DNA from: Eledone cirrhosa
Taxonomy: Eukaryota
Direction of reading: 5' to 3'
Assembly: GCA_964016885.1 (NCBI GenBank)
Contig: OZ024741.1
Location: 165,726,001-165,790,000 of the forward strand
Length of the DNA: 64,000 nt
The notes under the pieces are model-generated. The model did no database searches. It had not been told where the DNA came from and saw only the letters and a program-made list of their open reading frames with translations. The position numbers and the translations under genes are program-made. This document shows, piece by piece, positions 50,029-63,000 of this stretch (its first letter is position 1; each line of letters begins with the position of its first letter).

Positions 50029-51504
50029 AATAAACGAAGCTAAATTTTAATCATTTGACTTTTATTTAACTTTATTTTACACTATTCCGGAGTAACCAAA
50101 CCAACCTGCGCACTTCGTCGAGTGCTCCAGCCTGCATACTGAGGTGTTGGTATACAACCAACATAAACTCAAAATCTATATATATATATATATAAATTTC
50201 ATTATATATAAATATGTGTATATATCTCATGTGTGTGTGTATACACATATTTATAATTCCTTTGAGAAACCTATGAATATTAACCTCTTCTTTTTCTCTT
50301 CTCTTAAAATTGGAGATTTTGTGTCAACAAATTTGACCTTAGACAATATTTGTGGACAGGAATGTTCTCCAACATGTCCTGTTGCTTGTCACACTTCAGC
50401 AATGACCATTAAGCTTTTCATTACTGTAATTCTAATGAAATACAGTGTCAATGTGTTTTATTTAATTTCTAAAATAATCAAATATTTTCACTAGAAAGCT
50501 GATATTTAGAACATTACTTCACAACTGTCTCCAACTGATCCGTAACCAGCCAAGGACATGAGCTTAGCTGGTCATGGATCAATTGGAGACAGTGGAAAGA
50601 GTGTTTGAGGACTTTGTCCCAACGACCCTCGCAGGAATAAGTGGGCAAAGAAGAAGAATTTCACAAACATTTCTTAAAATAATGATGAAAAGTTTTATAA
50701 AGATAAATATTTTAAAGTGATTAGTTTTATATCATAAATCCAGGGTAATTTTAGGCAGTTTAATGTCAAAAGAACAATTATGTCTAGAGCAAGCAGGGAA
50801 CCAACATTCGGTGCTACCACGACACCAGTATTTAATCCCACACATACAAACACAAACATACATTCACATGCATAAGCATATACATAAAAACACTCATCCA
50901 CAAACAAACATACCTACACAAACACACACACACACACACAAACATAGAAACAGATTCATTCATATACATATCAAACAAAAGCCAACCCTACTTGTAGTTA
51001 ATTAATAAAACTGTTACCATTGGTGTTTAATTAATAGTTAATTGAAATATTTAATGAATTCAATATACATTTAAAAGAAATAAAAATTAATAATTGGAAA
51101 TATTATCATAAAGAGAAGTTGAAATATTACTAGATGTTAAACATATATAAATTACATATATAGAACATACATATATATATACATATTTTGTTCTTTTACT
51201 GGTTTCAATAATTGGATAGCAGTCATGCTGTGGTAACAACTTCAAGAAATTTAGTCCATCATAACAGACACAAACAGCGTTTTTATTGTTTTCTCAAGTT
51301 TGATGATCATTTTGTTGAACTGCTAAGCTATGGGACATAAACAGTAAATGTAAACACGGACATGAAAACACACACACACACACAGCAATAATAATTAAAG
51401 AGACCAAAATATTTATTCTGCGTCTACTGATTGATTTTTCTCTGTTTTAGAAGATCCCGTAAAAGGATGAAAGCAGCGATTATTTGCTTAAACTTTAATC
51501 TGTA

Positions 51505-51920
51505 CTAATAATTGTTTCTACTTTTGGCACAAGGCCAGCAATTACCCAGTGCATTACTGGTTCTTTATTTTATCGACCCCCGTAAGGATGAAAGGCAAAG
51601 TTAACCTCGGCGGGATTTGAACTCAGAATGGCAAGGGCCGTAACTCTATGCGTCAAAGCATGTCGACCAACCCTCTACCGATACTGCCAATCCACCACCC
51701 TCTGTACTAATAATGATTTCTACTATAGGCACAAGGCCAGAAATTTGGGGGAGGGAAAAATCAGTTAAATCGACCCCAGTGCATTACTGGTGCTTTATTT
51801 TATCGACCCTGTAATGATGAAAAGCAAAGTTAAACTCAGAAAGATTTTATGTCAAAACGTAAAGGGCCGCAACTCTGTGCTGTGAAGCATGGTGCCCGAC
51901 GCACTACCAATACTGCCATA
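51505..51920 (-). mobile_element. Two SINE family B copies (short and long form)
   Basis: Family B consensus; tctgtactaataat duplication around the first copy. Confidence 0.87.
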
Positions 51921-52212
51921 ATATATATATCTACACACACAACAGACTTCCACACAGTTTCTGTTGCCAAATTTCATTCACAAGGCATGTACCAGCCTTA
52001 GGCTATAGTACAAGACACTTGCCCAAGGTGCCATGCAGTGGAACTGAACCCGAAATCACATGATTGCAAAGCAAACACATTTCACACACACACACAATAG
52101 GTATGTATATGTATGTATGTATTCATAAAATTCGTTGTAAAAGGATGAGGGTGTTATGTTTGCATGTGTGTGTATGTGTCAGTTTATTGTGAATGTCTTC
52201 ATATCAATAACA

Positions 52213-52440
52213 TTTAACTCTTTAGCATTTAAACCAGTCATATCCAGCCAGAATTCTCTCACTTCTTTCTGGTCAAACTGGCTATAACAGGCCACTCAAA
52301 ATTATGTTATGGTATTGTTCTCAAAATATATATCAAAATCTCATAGATTCGATATTATGTGAAATAATTATGTAAGTTAAAGCCTTTACTGTGAAAATAT
52401 AATAGTAAATTTAGAGTAATATAAATGCTAAAGGGTTAAA
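52213..52440. mobile_element. piggyBac-type MITE copy
   Basis: TTAA|ctctttagcatt...aatgctaaaggg|TTAA. Confidence 0.82.
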
Positions 52441-52609
52441 GCAGCCAGTAACACTTGTTTATGTCCTGCATAAACAACATCTTTCATTTGGTGGTGGTGA
52501 TGATGAGGATATGTAAGGCTGAGTGAAAAACATACTAACTAAATAAAACAGCATCAAAATATATACATAAAAATTAGGTCAATAATGTTTTTTTTGCATT
52601 ATATTATAG

Positions 52610-53027
52610 TTGGTGAATTGGCAGTATTGGTAGAGAGTCAGACATGCTTTCCAGCATAGTTACGCCCTCTTTACAATCTGAGTTCAAATCCCGCCTAGGT
52701 TAACTTTGCCTTTCATCCTTACGGGGTCGATAAAATAAAGTACCAGTAATGTACTGGGTAATTTGCTGGCTTTGTGCCAAAAGTAGAAACAATTATATTA
52801 TAGTCCAACAGGTGGATTGGCAGTATTGGTAGAGGGTCTGACGCCATGCTTTGCAACAAAGAGTTACGGCCCTTTATAGTCTGAGTTTAACTTTGGTTAA
52901 CTTTGCCTTTCATCCTCACGGGGTCGATAAAATAAAGTACCAGTCACACACTGGGGTCGATTTAATTGACTCCCCCCCCCCCAAAAAAAAAAATTGCTGG
53001 CCTTGTGCCTATATAAGAAAAAATTAT
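52610..53027 (+). mobile_element. Two tandem SINE family B copies
   Basis: Each is followed by attatattatagtccaac. Confidence 0.87.
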
Positions 53028-54242
53028 ATTATAGTCCAACCCAGAGGAACAGAGGATGTAAAATAATGATAATTACCATATATACTTGAATATATGCCAA
53101 GGAATAATGTGACCAAAAAAAAAATCGATGGTAAAATGAGGGGGGTAGCTTATATTCGGGGTCAATATTTTGACAATTTTCCCTAACTTTAAATTCTACC
53201 TAAATAAGATGCTGAAATATCTGGAGTGATTATTTTACAATGAAACACTGTTTTTTTTCTACATTTACTATATCATGTGTGTTTTATTTATGTATTGCAT
53301 AGAGAACATTCCCAAGAAATTTTTATTTCAACTTTTTATTACATAAATATCCTCTACACATATACACATACACACATACACACACGTACTTGTGTGCTGA
53401 CTGTTTTTCTCTGTAACTTAATTATATTTTTTCATTCAATCTTGTTTTGTTTTATTCCACTTTCCCTATCTTTTTCTTGCTCTGCTTCTCCTCCCTCTCT
53501 CTCTCTCTTACTGTCTATTCCTCCCCCTTCTATTCTCAATCCTTATACTGCATTCTATTGGTTGATCTCTTTCAACTATTCTCTATTCATTTCGATCTCC
53601 CCCTGGTGGTTTTAATGATCTCCATAATGGTTAAAAAAATCTTTTTTTTAAATAATACCTTAAACTAAAAATATATCTCCATTTCTTTATATTATATTAA
53701 TTTACAATTTTCTCATGCTTTTTATTTCCTCATTACAAAGAAATAATTTTTTTTTTTTTAATGTGGGAGGAGGTTGTCTTATTTTCACATGGGGCTTTTG
53801 TCCGTAGTGAATTTGTGAAACAAAAACTATACTCTAAACGACACTTAAAACATTTTAAATATCAAAATATTAAAACTTATACCAATCCACCTGGACTAAA
53901 GTATGACTGAACTTAGATTCTTTGAGAAAGAACATAGCTGCTTATTTCATATGCTACAAATAGCCACAATATCTAAAACCTTTAAAATTAGTAAAAAATT
54001 CTTGAAATTCAAAGAAATAACGACTGCACAATAGATTAGGGAAATTTCCTTTTCATCACAACCTTACAGCCGGGAAATTGGCTGATCCTAAATGAAATCA
54101 AAATTAAGAAAAAGAGACAATATGGACTTATATATATACATACATACATACAAACATGCACACATGCATACACTGTATTACTGGTAAAAATATATATGGA
54201 TTTTCCATTTTCTGCTGATCTATGTATGAATTATTATCATCA

Positions 54243-54930
54243 GCACAGTTACATCCCTTTACGGACTGAGCTCAAATCCCGCCGAGGTTAACTTTGCCTT
54301 TCATCCTGACGGGGTCGATAAAATAAAGTACCAGTAATACCCTGGGATAATTGCTGGCCTTGTGCCAAAAGTAGAAACAATTATTAACTGGAGTGACAGA
54401 CTTGTTAGAATGTCGGACACCCTGCTTCGCGACAGAGAGTTACAGCCCCTTATGTTCCGAGTTCAAATCCCACCAAGGTTTAGTTAACCTTTCATCGTTA
54501 CGGGGTCGACTAAATTAAGTACCAGTACCATACTGGGGTCGATTTAATCAAATTTCCACTGCCCCAAAATTGCTGGCCTTGTGCCTATAGTAAAAATCAT
54601 TATTATGGCAGTGTCGGTAGAGGGTCGGACGCCATGCTTTGAATTACCTTGCCATTCTGAGTTCAAATCACGCCAAGGTTAACTTTGCCTTTCATCCTTA
54701 CGGGGTCGATAAAATAAAGTACCAGTAATGTACTGGGTAATTGCTGGCCTTGTGCCAAAAGTAGAAACAATTATTAACAATCAATGACAGGAGATTAACA
54801 GAAACATTACAGTGTCGGGCTAAATAGCTTACAACATTTGTTTGAGCTCTTTATATTTTGTGTTCAAATACCTCCAAGGTCAACTTTGTCTTTCATCCTT
54901 TTGAGGTCAATAAAATAAAGGACCAGCAAA
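54243..54930 (+). mobile_element. Cluster of 3-4 SINE family B copies
   Basis: Head-to-tail family B units. Confidence 0.86.
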
Positions 54931-57206
54931 GAAACTAATATTAACGTCAAGAAATGGAAGACATTTCATAATATCGTGGATCCTCTGTCACTTTCAACAA
55001 TGAACATTCAGTTTTTTGCTCAACCAAATATCTAGTTCATGAATTAGCATTTAATTGGTTGAGTATTCCATAGATAGATGCGTACATAACATCATTTTTA
55101 AGTTGAATCATTGTGACAATATGTACGAAGGCTGGAACATTGAATTACAGGTACAATCAACTGATAGGCTTCTACACAGTTGCTGTTTACCCAATCTCAC
55201 AAACAAACCTTGGGTTGACACAAAGCTATGGTAAAGACACTTACCCCCAATGCCATGCAATGAGATTGAACCTCTTTATCTTTATCCAACACTAGGTAGG
55301 CCTATGGCCTGTCAGTCCAGAAGTTCCTCCAGAACGAGATCTTCTCTTTGTTTTTTGTTAGCAAATTTATTTTCCATTGCCGGCTTGCAAGGCCTGTTGC
55401 GAATAATGCTACCAATGTTGTCCAAGGGAAAGGCAAAGGCTGATACAATTAGACACTAATGTATCACCCAGTCTAGGAATCAAACTCACAACTTCACAAT
55501 TGAGAATCACACTATCTAATCCCTAAGCCATGTGCCCTTACAACCCAAGGACTAATGATTACAAAGCAAAACTTCTTAACCATCCCACACTTCACAATAT
55601 GTGGTAAACTTGATGGTAAAGTAATAAAAGAGATAACATATCAAACTACCAACATCAGCTGTAGGTATTTCATTGGAGTGGTGGTGGTGGTGGTGGTGGT
55701 GGTGGAGTGTCTCTGAGTTGAATATTTAGTTCTATATGCTTTAGTTACCAAACACAGGTAGCATAGAAATATTACTTGTAATATAGCCTGCTGTAATACC
55801 CAATGAAATATAACACTCCCTCAATTTATTAATGCCATAAAATAGAAGAACACACATACAGATATATATATATATATATCATCTAACCTCTCTGTTAACA
55901 AGGGTTGGATGGGTTGTCAGAGATCAAATCAGTATTCGAGTGGAGCTACTGACCACTCAGATGAACCGGGAGCCTGCAACTCATGGTCCCGGGTTCTAAC
56001 AAATGCATTTCATCATGGCACCAACACTAAGGAGATTGCCAAGTCTCTTACACAGCTTAAGCAACCTCCTAATCCTTTGTTTGGGAGGTGTTCTACAGCT
56101 GGACGCCCTGCTTATCACCAATAACTTTATAGGGTGTACTGGGTGCATTTATCACATAGATTACCAACACTAGGGAGATTGTCATATATCTTTGAGATGG
56201 TTAAAGGGCAATCCCAACTCTTTGTGTGGCAGGTTTTCTACAAGCGGAATGCCCTTCCTATCATATATATATTAAAAGATGTATGCTAATAGGCTACATA
56301 GATTTATTTAAAGACAACCTAAGTAAACTGAAAGCTAAATGAACTTTTGAGACATCAGGTTCAAACTATTGTTATATCATGATTTAACGTCAGTTTTCCC
56401 AGTTACACTATCAAATAAATCATTGGAAGATGATAAAGTCTCTTAAAGGGATTTTATAGTACACAAATCTTATGTGAAATCAAAGATCAAGCTAAAGTTC
56501 TCATATATGTGCATATGTGTGTTTATTAAAATCCCCTAAGTGACAGAGTAAGATGGAGACATATTTCCTTTCAACCAAGACATTATCATATTATCAATTA
56601 GACATTCTATATGGACACCATTCTATCAGTAGTTTAAGCTCACACAGAAGATTACACTGCTGCGTAGATGAGATGTCAGACAGGAAAGGTTTGTAAATGA
56701 AGAGATTAAGAATAAAAGAAAGATATAGATTAGGTAGATCAATTTGTTAGTGAACACATCAAAGTCTTCATTAGAATCAATAAGATGTTGAAAAATGATA
56801 CGTATACTGGAGATAAATCTGATAATATATTATCTGACTGAATAAGAGGAGGCACATGACAGTAACTGATGTATGTATATGTTGCTTAGATGTTCAAAAT
56901 AGTGACATATAATATTTTACTTGGAAAATGGGACGACTATCATCTCTTAGAGGTCAATACTTTATTACCAATTTTAAATGAGAAACTTGAAACATTAGTG
57001 TTTGATTTTATAACATATGTACACTTGAAACTAGCCTCTCATTTCAAAGTGAACATTAGAGAGGTTAAGTAATCATAGATGATGAAAACACACTCATTAC
57101 ATTTACTTTTCAACAAACACAAAGTTTCATTGAAAATTACTGATGTATTACATTGAGAAAGTCAGAATGTTAGGTGGAACAATATAAATATATATATATA
57201 TATATA

Positions 57207-57507
57207 TGGAGGCACATGGCTTAGTGGTTAGAGCATTGGCCTTGTAATCGAAAGGTTGTGAGCAAGACACTTTATTTCACATTGCTCCAGTTTACTCAGC
57301 TGTAGAAATAAGATGATAGGGACTGGGGTCCATATCATTCCACTGCAAAGTGGTCGTCGAGGTGCCACGGCAAAAAAGCACCCAGCACTCACTGTAAATG
57401 AGGTTGGTGTTAGGAAGGGCATCCAGCTGTAGAAATCAAGCCAAAAAATCAGTTCCCGTCCCACCCTTGCAAGCAGGGAAAAGCGGACGTAAAATGAAGA
57501 TGATGAT
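57207..57507 (+). mobile_element. SINE family A copy with internal deletion of the B-box region
   Basis: ggttgtgag is joined directly to caagacac, consistent with tgag microhomology. Confidence 0.87.
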
Positions 57508-57689
57508 ATATATATGTACACACACACACATATATATATCAGTATTCTGTATTCAAATATTACACAAGTTGACTAAGTTTTTCATCCATAAAATAAGTGC
57601 AATAACATAATGAATATTACTTAAATTATTATTATACCCAAAATATAGATAGCCTTAAATAATACAGTTGGGACTGACATTAAATACAC

Positions 57690-58470
57690 TGTTGAATGGG
57701 TGACAATTGTTGGACGAAGAAGTACCAAGAGATACCAGTGACAGGAAGCTGCAGTAAAGACCAAGGAAAATATGGGCAGAGGTGGTTAGAGCTGATCTCA
57801 AAACACTGAACCTCAGAGGAGATAATGAAGGAATGCAACAAGTGGAGGCAGGCTGTGCTGGAGAAAACCCGTCTAACCCATACAAGCATGGAAAAACAGA
57901 TATATCATCAACATCATTTAATGTCCATCTTCCACGTTAATATGGGTTGGATGGTTTTGTTCCACTTGATGCAGGATTAGTTGAGAGACCATGTCTCACT
58001 CGTACAGAACTGTCTCTGGCAGGTGTTCTATGACTGGATGCCCTTCCTAACACTAACCACATTTACAGTGTCGACTAGGAGCCTTTTTACTGTGTCTCCT
58101 ACACGACCACTTTACAGTGTGGACTGGGTGCTTTTTGTCGTGACATCTACACAACCTCTTTACTATGGACTGGATGTTCTGTGGTACCAACATAACTTTA
58201 CTGAGAAAGGGTGGTGTTGGTGGAAGTGGGAGGATGGAGTAGGGTGTGTAGGGTCGGGTGTATATTGGGTTAAGAGGTGCCTACTGACTGTAGGTTTAAG
58301 TTTGTATGCAAGTGCAAGAGAAGGCAGATCTTCTGTACAACTGCATAGCGCCAAAGATCTCGATCCAGTGACATTGTCTTAGAGAGGTGTGAGTAAGGTC
58401 AGTTTTTATCACCTCGTCCCAGGTTTTTCTTGGTCAACCCACTCCATAGCTTCCATCAATTTTGATGACG
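57690..58470. mobile_element. Tail-to-tail pair of decayed RTE 3' remnants
   Basis: + copy ~57690-57900 (RPRKIWAEVVRADL) and - copy ~57905-58470 meet at gatatatc. Confidence 0.75.
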
Positions 58471-58749
58471 ATAATACAATGAGAAAGGACTTTAATTACA
58501 GCTATACCCGAGATATAATAGCCTTATTTCCCCCTGTCAGAATAATCAAATATTTAGGGTGGTGCAGATGGCTAAAATTATACAACATTATAGAAGAGTA
58601 ACTCATATAATTCTTTCAGTGTTAACATTGTCCTTCACCTTCACAAAGTCAATAATATCTGTACCAGTAATATGGTTGTGATACAATAACATATGCTATT
58701 CTCCTAAATAAGTAATGGCTTTCTACTTCATCTAAAAACAAATCAATAC

Positions 58750-59260
58750 TCTTCTCTTCTTCACCTACTTATTCCTGAGACAATCATGGGGGCAGAGTCC
58801 TCAAACACTCCTTCCAGCAGGTCCTGTCAGAAGCAACCCTCTCCAACTGATCTGGCTGAATTCCCAAGCGACACCAGCCATGTTCATGGATGTTAGCCAA
58901 CCATCTTGCAAGGGGTTTACCCTTGGGTCTCCTGCCGGTTGGATTTTGCCCATAAAATCTGTCCAGCAATTCCTTTCTGAGACATTCTAACCACATCCCC
59001 ATAGTATCAGAGCTGTGATCCATCAATTCGGAGAAATAGCAGCTCTAGCTGAAGTAACTCTCTGATCTCAGAGCTACGCACTCTGTCAAGTAGCGTTACT
59101 CCAAAGACCCTTCAGAGGAGCCCCATTTCAACCTCTTGTATTCACAATCACATTCTTTCAGTCATTACCCAAGATAAGGGTTGGGATGAATACCAAACTG
59201 AAGATAGCTAGTTTAGCTTTTACACTTACCTCCCATTTGACTACCAAATGCTGAATCTGG
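58750..59260 (-). mobile_element. Decayed LINE of a distinct RTE family
   Basis: Minus strand ..PTGRRPKGKPLARW..LERVASDRTCWKECLRTLPP and RVFGVTLLDRVRSSEIRE. Confidence 0.75.
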
Positions 59261-59280
59261 AACTACATCAATTCTTACAC

Positions 59281-59516
59281 TTCACCCTTTAGCATTTAAA
59301 CCGGCCAGCATTTATCCAGCCAGCATTCTCTCACTTTTTTCTGTTCAAACCAACCGTAACTGGCTACTCATACTGATGTTAAGGTATTGTTCTCAAAATA
59401 AAATAACATCAAAATCTCGTAGATTCAATATTATGTGAGATAATTATGTAAGATAAAAACTTTACCACGAAAATGCAATAGTAAATATAGAGTAATGTAA
59501 ATGTGAAAGGGTTAAT
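59281..59516. mobile_element. piggyBac-type MITE copy
   Basis: ccctttagcatt...aaaggg|TTAA. Confidence 0.8.
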
Positions 59517-59927
59517 TCAGCCTCCTGCCTTTCATCACTTGTGAACACGGCCCCAAGATACATGAGCTTCTCTATCTCCTTCAGTGGCACTCCATTCACA
59601 TGTATATATTAATTATCAAAAATAACAGTATACTGAATCATAAAAACTTTTGTAAATTATAGGTGCAATTCTGTGGACAATTTACATTGTTATACCATAG
59701 ATGGAAGCTTGTCTCTAAGGAGTTATGAAATAGATGGTTGTTTGATTCTAGACCAGATATGTCATCAATGGTTGCTTGTCTCTAGAGAAGTTATGACATA
59801 GACAGAAGCTTGTTACTAGACGAGTTATGACATAAATGGAAGCTTGTCTCTAAAGGAGTTATGACACAGATGGATAAGCTTGTCTCTGAAGAAGTTATGA
59901 CACAGATGAATAAGCTTGTCTTTAGAT

Positions 59928-60051
59928 CAGTGGTTCCCAAAGTTAATGATACTGTTATATTGCAACCATATAACAGTATTAGACTTGGGGTCCCCCCAAA
60001 AGTTTCTGAAACAAAGAGAGTTCCTCGTTTGAAAAAGTTTGGGAAACCCTG
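59928..60051. mobile_element. hAT (Charlie-like) mini-MITE
   Basis: cagtggttcccaaa...tttgggaaaccctg; imperfect 8-bp TSD ctttagat/ctctacat. Confidence 0.8.
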
Positions 60052-63000
60052 CTCTACATCAACCATGTCATCGATGTAAGCTTGTCTCTAGATCAACCAT
60101 GTCATTGATGTAACCTTGTCTCTAGATCAACCATGTCATTGATGTAAGCTTGTCTCTAGATCAACCATGTCATTGATGTAAGCTTGTCTCTAGAGCAACC
60201 ATGTCATTGATGTAAGCTTGTCTCTAGATCAACCATGTCATAGATGTAAGTTTGTCTCTAGATCAACCATGTCATTGATGTAAGCTTGTCTCTAGATCAA
60301 CCATGTCATAGTTGTAAGTTTGTCTCTAGATCAACCATGTCATTGATGTAACCTTGTCTCTAGATCAAGCATGTCATAGATGTGAGCTTGTCTCTAGATC
60401 AACCATGTCATTGATGTAAGCTTGTCTCTAGATCAACCATGTCATTGATGTAAGCTTGTCTCTAGATCAACCATGTCATAGATGTGAGCTTGTCTCTAGA
60501 TCAACCATGTCATAGATGTAAGTTTGTCTCTAGATCAACCATGTCATTGATGTAAGCTTGTCTCTAGATCAACCATGTCATAGATGTGAGCTTGTCTCTA
60601 GATCAACCATGTCATTGATGTATGCTTGTCTCTAGATCAACCATGTCATTGATGTAAGCTTGTCTCTAGATCAACCATGTCATTGATGTAAGCTTGTCTC
60701 TAGATCAACCATGTCATTGATGTAAGCTTGTCTCTAGATCAACCATGTCATTGATGTAAGCTTGTCTCTAGATCAAGCATGTCATTGATGTAAGCTTGTC
60801 TCTAGATCAACCATGTCATTGATGTAAGCTTGTCTCTAGATCAACCATGTCATTGATGTAAACTTGTCTCTAGATCAACCATGTCATAGATGTAACCTTG
60901 TCTCTAGATCAACCATGTCATTGATGTAAGCTTGTCTCTAGATCAACCATGTCATTGATGTAAGCTTGTCTCTAGATCAACCATGTCATTGATGTAAGTT
61001 TGTCTCTAGATCAACCATGTCATCGATGTAAGTTTGTCTCTAGATCAACCATGTCATTGATGTAAGCTTGTCTCTAGATCAACCATGTCATTGATGTAAG
61101 CTTGTCTCTAGATCAACCATGTCATTGATGTAAGTTTGTCTCTAGATCAACCATGTCATTGATGTAACCTTGTCTCTAGATCAACCATGTCATAGATGTA
61201 AGTTTGTCTCTAGATCAAGCATGTCATTGATGTAAGCTTGTCTCTAGATCAAGCATGTCATAGATGTGAGCTTGTCTCTAGATCAACCATGTCATTGATG
61301 TAAGTTTATCTCTAGATCAACCATGTCATTGATGTGAGCTTGTCTCTAGATCAACCATGTCATTGATGTAAGCTTGTCTCTAGATCAACCATGTCATTGA
61401 TGTAAGTTTGTCTCTAGATCAACCATGTCATCGATGTAAGTTTGTATCTAGATCAAGCATGTCATTGATGTAAGCTTGTCTCTAGATCAAGCATGTCATA
61501 GATGTGAGCTTGTCTCTAGATCAACCATGTCATTGATGTAAGTTTATCTCTAGATCAACCATGTCATTGATGTGAGCTTGTCTCTAGATCAGCCATGTCA
61601 TTGATGTAAGCTTGTCTCTAGATCAACCATGTCATTGATGTAAGTTTGTCTCTAGATCAACCATGTCATCAATGTAAGTTTGTCTCTAGATCAAGCATGT
61701 CATTGATGTAAGCTTGTCTCTAGATCAACCATGTCATTGATGTAAGTTTGTCTCTAGATCAACCATGTCATAGATGTAAGTTTGTCTCTAGATCAAGCAT
61801 GTCATTGATGTAAGTTTGTCTCTAGATCAACCATGTCATAGATGTAAGTTTGTCTCTAGATCAACCATGTCATTGATGTAAGCTTGTCTCTAGATCAACC
61901 ATGTCATTGATGTAAGCTTGTCTCTAGATCAACCATGTCATTGATGTAAGCTTGTCTCTAGATCAACCATGTCATAGATGTAAGCTTGTCTCTAGATCAA
62001 GCATGTCATAGATGTAAGTTTGTCTCTAGATCAACCATGTCATTGATGTAAGCTTGTCTCTAGATCAACCATGTCATTGATGTAAGCTTGTCTCTAGATC
62101 AACCATGTCATTGATGTAAGCTTGTCTCTAGATCAACCATGTCATAGATGTAAGCTTGTCTCTAGATCAAGCATGTCATTGATGTAAGTTTGTCTCTAGA
62201 TCAACCATGTCATTGATGTAAGCTTGTCTCTAGATCAACCATGTCATTGATGTAAGCTTGTCTCTAGATCAACCATGTCATAGATGTAAGCTTGTCTCTA
62301 GATCAAGCATGTCATTGATGTAAGTTTGTCTCTAGATCAACCATGTCATTGATGTAAGCTTGTCTCTAGATCAACCATGTCATTGATGTAAGCTTGTCTC
62401 TAGATCAACCCTGTCATTGATGTAAGCTTGTCTCTAGATCAACCATGTCATAGATGTAAGCTTGTCTCTAGATCAAGCATGTCATTGATGTAAGCTTGTC
62501 TCTAGATCAACCATGTCATAGATGTGAGTTTGTCTCTAGATCAACCATGTCATAGATGTAAGCTTGTCTCTAGATCAAGCATGTCATTGATGTAAGCTTG
62601 TCTCTAGATCAACCATGTCATTGATGTAAGCTTGTCTCTAGATCAACCATGTCATAGATGTAAGCTTGTCTCTAGATCAAGCATGTCATTGATGTAAGCT
62701 TGTCTCTAGATCAACCATGTCATTGATGTAAGCTTGTCTCTAGATCAACCATGTCATTGATGTAAGCTTGTCTCTAGATCAAGCATGTCATTGATGTAAG
62801 CTTGTCTCTAGATCAACCATGTCATTGATGTAAGCTTGTCTCTAGATCAACCATGTCATTGATGTAAGCTTGTCTCTAGATCAACCATGTCATTGATGTA
62901 AGTTTGTCTCTAGATCAACCATGTCATTGATGTAAGCTTGTCTCTAGATCAACCATGTCATTGATGTAAGCTTGTCTCTAGATCAACCATGTCATTGATG

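Larger units (their letters stand above)
48588..50180. mobile_element. Hammerhead-bearing element with ~315-bp inverted repeat (Penelope pLTR or retrozyme-like)
   Basis: 48588-48903 is the near-exact reverse complement of ~49758-50073; (TA)n on both outer flanks. Confidence 0.7.

Noticed and set aside
50320-50430. Cys-rich stretch in ORF 50144..50494 / possible exon
   Set aside because: No recognisable domain; the minus-strand candidate exon has stops in all frames.
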